Origin: Clostridiaceae bacterium
Lineage (GTDB): Bacteria > Bacillota > Clostridia > Oscillospirales > QAMX01
DNA length: 64,000 nt
NCBI GenBank assembly: GCA_034926225.1
Contig: JAYFRF010000005.1
Coordinates: 188,884-252,883 of the forward strand
Direction: 5' to 3'
A program made the position numbers and the translations under genes. Below, in pieces: positions 63,795 to 64,000 of the stretch (position 1 is its first letter; each line of letters opens with the position of its first letter). The notes below the pieces were generated by a model. That model saw nothing but the letters and a program-made list of their open reading frames with translations, was not told the origin of the DNA and did no database searches.

Positions 63795-64000
63795 GTGGAC
63801 GACCCTTTGGGACGACAGTTGCTTTTACAGGCTATACTGATCGCCCTGAACGCCTTCTTCGCCGCGTCGGAGATCGCGGTACTTTCCCTCAACTCAAACA
63901 AGGTGCGTAAAGCCGCCGAGGACGGCGACCGTAACGCACAAAAAATGCGCAAGCTCATCGATGAACCCTCGGGCTTCCTCTCCACCATCCAGGTGGGCAT
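63795..64000 (+). CDS. Hemolysin-family (CNNM/DUF21-CBS-CorC, TlyC-like) membrane protein, N-terminal part (runs off the right edge)
   Basis: My own translation from the GTG at 63795 (8 nt after GGAGGA) gives VDDPLGRQLLLQAILIALNAFFAASEIAVLSLNSNKVRKAAEDGDRNAQKMRKLIDEPSGFLSTIQVG. This is the canonical DUF21 start. The minus-strand ORF in the track (63701-64000) is rejected. Confidence 0.8.
   Translation, partial: MDDPLGRQLLLQAILIALNAFFAASEIAVLSLNSNKVRKAAEDGDRNAQKMRKLIDEPSGFLSTIQVG

Noticed and set aside
63701-64000. 99-aa minus-strand ORF at the right edge.
   Set aside because: The plus strand in the same place encodes a textbook DUF21/CNNM N-terminus with an SD and a promoter, so the minus ORF is the antisense shadow.

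Overview
The window is a densely coding, high-GC chromosomal segment from a Firmicute. Gene content and the Thr/Ala-rich lipoprotein linkers suggest Clostridia, Oscillospiraceae/Ruminococcaceae-like, but that placement is my inference. I found no rRNA, tRNA, CRISPR array, transposase, integrase or prophage structural genes. Many long antisense ORFs in the six-frame track are high-GC artefacts. The track also uses GTG/TTG starts, so I trimmed several 5' ends to the start that has a Shine-Dalgarno sequence. Layout, left to right: rsmD (partial) and uvrC on the minus strand. Then a tightly packed plus-strand array: TSUP permease, TerB-N/TerB-C protein, DUF2791 (BrxD-like) ATPase, ruvC, ruvA, alkaline-phosphatase-family gene, ruvB. 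Next come a SigH-like sigma factor, a zinc-ribbon protein, a tandem-OB SSB-like gene, and envelope proteins (CAP/SLH protein, lipoprotein, GH25 lysozyme). On the minus strand follow a Na+-translocating decarboxylase operon, a GlpA-like/FAD-oxidoreductase/DUF1667 triad, an ASRT-family gene with alpha-galactosidase, a KdgK-like kinase and CapA, then hisA-hisF-hisI-comEA-hisE. After that come an oversized Opp-type ABC system, msmK, rsuA, DUF4830, mntP, an acyl-CoA synthetase and an XRE-cupin regulator. On the plus strand are rlmB, a 755-aa membrane protein that looks like a catalytically dead P-type ATPase, and an EF-G paralogue with degenerate GTPase motifs. The remainder holds a sugar ABC system (minus), aspS with a structured leader (plus), a VOC protein, an unknown gene paired with a sugar-phosphate isomerase, gpmI, a tandem GNAT, tpiA and pgk, a YgjP-like metallopeptidase coupled to an unknown gene, and a partial CNNM/DUF21 gene. 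The strongest candidate for an undescribed system is the TerB-N/TerB-C + DUF2791 ATPase pair at 3014-6586. It resembles Shango-type or Ter-associated conflict systems but has no helicase or nuclease partner, and it appears to be co-transcribed with ruvCAB.
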